Positions 61,488 to 64,000 of a stretch of 64,000 nucleotides of DNA are shown one piece after another (positions within the stretch are counted from its first letter, which is position 1; each line of letters starts with the position of its first letter). The DNA is from an uncultured Lachnospiraceae bacterium. Its GTDB lineage: Bacteria; Bacillota; Clostridia; Lachnospirales; Lachnospiraceae. The notes beneath the pieces were generated by a model. That model saw only the letters and a list, made by a program, of their open reading frames with translations. It had not been told where the DNA came from and did not search any database. Made by a program: the position numbers and the translations under genes. The stretch is taken from assembly GCA_900315055.1 (NCBI GenBank), contig OMXP01000001.1, positions 25,825 to 89,824 of the forward strand, read 5' to 3'.

Positions 61488-61984
61488 GTATCATCTTGGA
61501 GAAGAAAAACATCGTACAGGAAGAGACGGACGCAATCGTCAACGCGGCCAACGAGGAGCTCCTCGCGGGAGGCGGTGTCTGCGGAGCAATCTTCCGGACG
61601 GCCGGGTTCGATCCTCTGACGAGGGCCTGTGATGCCATCGGCCATTGCGACACGGGAAGTGCCGTGATCACGCCGGGATTTCATCTTCGCGCCCGCTACA
61701 TCATTCACGCGGTGGGGCCTGTCTGGCAGGGCGGAAATCACGGGGAAAGAGAAAAGCTCTCCTCGTGCTATAAGGCTTCACTTGCCCTTGCAGAGGAACA
61801 TGGCCTGTCCAGCATCACGTTTCCGCTCATCAGTGCCGGGATCTTCGGTGTCCCGGTGGACGTTGCATGGGAAACCGCACTGACGGCGGTGAAGGATTCG
61901 GATCTGTCCGTACACTTCGCAATCCTTGATGATGACATACTTGCAGCCGGCAGAAAGGCTGCAGAAAGGCTTGGCATACAATGA
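61484..61984 (+). CDS. Macro domain protein (O-acetyl-ADP-ribose deacetylase-like)
   Basis: DAIVNAAN..L..GGGVCGAI, IIHAVGP and FPLISAGIFG motifs. Confidence 0.92.
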   Translation: MSIILEKKNIVQEETDAIVNAANEELLAGGGVCGAIFRTAGFDPLTRACDAIGHCDTGSAVITPGFHLRARYIIHAVGPVWQGGNHGEREKLSSCYKASLALAEEHGLSSITFPLISAGIFGVPVDVAWETALTAVKDSDLSVHFAILDDDILAAGRKAAERLGIQ

Positions 61985-62316
61985 AAGCAACAGGGGTTCT
62001 TCGGTACTGACTGATCTTTTCCCTGATCACCGTGATTCTCGGGGTTGTGATGCTCTGGCCCATCGGGACCGTGGCATTCAATATCCTGTTTCTTGTCATC
62101 AAGTGCGGCATGGCCGCCGGTATTCTCGGCGTCCTTCTCACCATGAAGAAGCCGTATCTTGTCCTCTGGTGCCTCTCTTCCTTTGCGGCGATCTTCATGA
62201 CGATCGCAAAGTGGAGTCTTTCAGGTGCCTTCCGTGGAAGTTTTGCCCTGGCGATGGGGACTGACATCGTGGTGCCTGTTGTCGGTGTCCTGCTGTGGAG
62301 GAAATATCATGAGTGA
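61981..62316 (+). pseudogene. Small multi-TM membrane protein interrupted by an in-frame TGA at codon 10
   Basis: ATG at 61981 overlaps the macro stop. It reads MKATGVLRY*LIFSLITVILG... and stays in frame with hydrophobic ORF 62032-62316. Confidence 0.6.
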
Positions 62317-63016
62317 AGAGAACAAGAGCCCGTCCTGCGGCGATGGCTGCAGCGACTGCTTCGGCGGCTGCAGCTCCGGTCAGGGGTGCGGGGAAGGTTC
62401 CGGGGAGAATAAGCTTCCCGTCATATCCCTCGATACCCCCTGCGGCGTCGTGCAGATCCCGTCCTATTATCAGCGGATTGCATCGTCGCCGGATGATCCG
62501 AAGGCATGGGCAGCCTTTGCAGCAAGATCAAAGGAAGCGCTGTGCCTCTTTCTGATCTACCCCTGCCCGAAGGAAGAGGAACTGCCCTACGATCACCCGG
62601 AAGAGCTGATCTCCTCTATCCACGAGATTCTTGGGGATAATCAGGGGCTGGTTGAGGTGAACGCGGGAAAGACGGATCATGAGGTCCCTTATATCTACAG
62701 CATCGTACGGACCCTCGGAGAGAATCATCTTCAGGCGGGCTACACGCTGACGATGAACCTTCGCTTTCCCGGCGGCTCCGTCTGCATTCAGGGCTTCTTT
62801 GATCCCTCCGGCACCTCCGGCATGCGGGAAGCTCAAACGCTCAAATATGCCATGCAGAAGGGCTACGTCGACAAGGACATGAAGGGCTGGGCCAGGGATC
62901 CGTATGATCCGGCATTCAAAAAGGGAGCCCTGACAAATTTCTCAGAGCTCCCCGGCTTTGATTCTGCCTTTCCCGAGCACCCCCTGTCCCTGTGCCGGGA
63001 ACTGCTGACCTTGTGA
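62309..63016 (+). CDS. Hypothetical protein with Cys-rich N-terminal peptide
   Basis: RBS GGAGG before ATG 62309. N-terminus SCGDGCSDCFGGCSSGQGC; globular remainder (W..DPYD...KG...N.SE...FD..FP.HPLS). Confidence 0.75.
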   Translation: MSEENKSPSCGDGCSDCFGGCSSGQGCGEGSGENKLPVISLDTPCGVVQIPSYYQRIASSPDDPKAWAAFAARSKEALCLFLIYPCPKEEELPYDHPEELISSIHEILGDNQGLVEVNAGKTDHEVPYIYSIVRTLGENHLQAGYTLTMNLRFPGGSVCIQGFFDPSGTSGMREAQTLKYAMQKGYVDKDMKGWARDPYDPAFKKGALTNFSELPGFDSAFPEHPLSLCRELLTL

Positions 63017-63043
63017 CAATGGCAAACTGAAAGACAGGACTTT

Positions 63044-63700
63044 CTACCTTGCGTTGTCGTCCCGTTTCACGAAGTTCGTGACGAGGGGCGCACTTGTTTC
63101 AGGGTATGGCACACCCGCCTTTTTTCCCGCCTCAAAGCAGCGCATCATCCAGATCATGTTGCGGGCAAGGTTTCTCATGGTCTGCAGACCTTCTTCGTCC
63201 TGAACGGCCTCATCGGCGTGCAGACCGTGCACCATGTTCCAGTAGGTGGAACCTGCCACCGGCATCTGGGCAATGCCGAAATACTTGTTCAGCGCATCGA
63301 GAGCTGCCGTCGTACCGGCGCGCCGCGCCACGGCAACGGCAGCACCCGGCTTGAATTTGAACGCATCGTAGACCTCGTCCACCGCATTCGCATAGAATGC
63401 CCGGTCGAGGAAGGAGAAGATTCTTCCGCTCGGGTGTGCGAAGTACGTCGGCGTTGCAAAGACAAATCCGTCCGCCCCGTAAGCCTTGTCGATAAATGCA
63501 TTCACGCCATCGTCTCCCAGGATGCACTTGCCGCTTACCGCGCACTTGTTACACTGCAGGCAGTCCGCAATCGGCCTCCCGCCAAGCTGAATCACCTCGG
63601 TCCCCACACCGTTTTCCTGAAAAAACGCAATCATCTCCTCGAGCGCGCGCATGGTCGTGCCGTGCGGGTGAGAGCTCCCGTTTACCATCAATACCTTCAT
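63044..63700 (-). CDS. Flavodoxin-fold iron-sulfur flavoprotein / NADPH-dependent FMN reductase family
   Basis: VNGSSHPHG.T, CLQCNKC....C..., ATPTYF, RRAG and DEEGLQTMR.L motifs; RBS GAGGAGG. Confidence 0.88.
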   Translation of the reverse strand: MKVLMVNGSSHPHGTTMRALEEMIAFFQENGVGTEVIQLGGRPIADCLQCNKCAVSGKCILGDDGVNAFIDKAYGADGFVFATPTYFAHPSGRIFSFLDRAFYANAVDEVYDAFKFKPGAAVAVARRAGTTAALDALNKYFGIAQMPVAGSTYWNMVHGLHADEAVQDEEGLQTMRNLARNMIWMMRCFEAGKKAGVPYPETSAPLVTNFVKRDDNAR

Positions 63701-63772
63701 CTTTATTACCTCCTCGTGTTTGGATAAGCCGCATTTTAGACCGGGTCTGTCCAAAAAGGAAGAACGCACTTT

Positions 63773-64000
63773 TATGGAAGATACTAACGAAAAAGTAAGT
63801 AAGCAGGCTTCCGGTCTTGTCCCGATCGATATTGTACCGTTTAACTATGCGGTCTCTCTGATCGGCGGAAAGTGGAAGATGCAGATCCTGTTCTGGCTCT
63901 GGAAGAACGATGTCATGCGCTACAGTGCTCTGAAGAGGAACCTCGGAAATGTGACCCACAAGATGCTCTCCGAAAAGCTGAAGGAACTTGAGACAGACGG
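63773..64000 (+). CDS. HxlR-family winged-helix transcriptional regulator, 3'-truncated by window edge
   Basis: Reads ...YAVSLIGGKWKMQILFWL...MRYSALKRNL..VTHKMLSEKLKELE; divergent from the flavoprotein gene. Confidence 0.9.
63782..63801. promoter_or_regulatory. Candidate HxlR-type operator
   Basis: TACTAAC-N6-GTAAGTA inverted repeat with one mismatch. Confidence 0.4.

Overview
GC-rich bacterial chromosomal segment. Gene content and order (radC-mreBCD-pbp2-minC-rodA-mgsA; sepF-aroB-lspA-rluD; miaB-mutS-mutL-miaA-ynbB) point to a Lachnospiraceae-like Clostridia genome; this is inferred from synteny. About 1-42 kb is mostly core housekeeping on the + strand: DNA/tRNA metabolism, mismatch repair, cell shape and division. 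About 39-64 kb is more accessory: esterases, a tannase-like lipoprotein, a 1056-aa multidomain immunity-like protein, a heterodimeric ABC exporter, a GGDEF protein, alpha-amylase, a macro domain, and a flavodoxin-family gene with a divergent HxlR regulator. I saw no rRNA, tRNA, CRISPR array, transposase, integrase or prophage gene, and I cannot support a complete new multi-gene system. The best leads are: (1) a GlgX/isoamylase homologue that has lost its catalytic residues but kept the scaffold; (2) a division cluster with a diverged, orphan minC and no minD/minE, plus a sepF locus without yggS/ylmG/ylmH/divIVA; (3) three single-lesion broken genes (tannase, GGDEF, small membrane protein), all in the accessory half; (4) a concatenated immunity-like protein; (5) an HD-like gene coupled to a PD-(D/E)XK nuclease gene. 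All family calls come from motif recognition by eye, not database searches.
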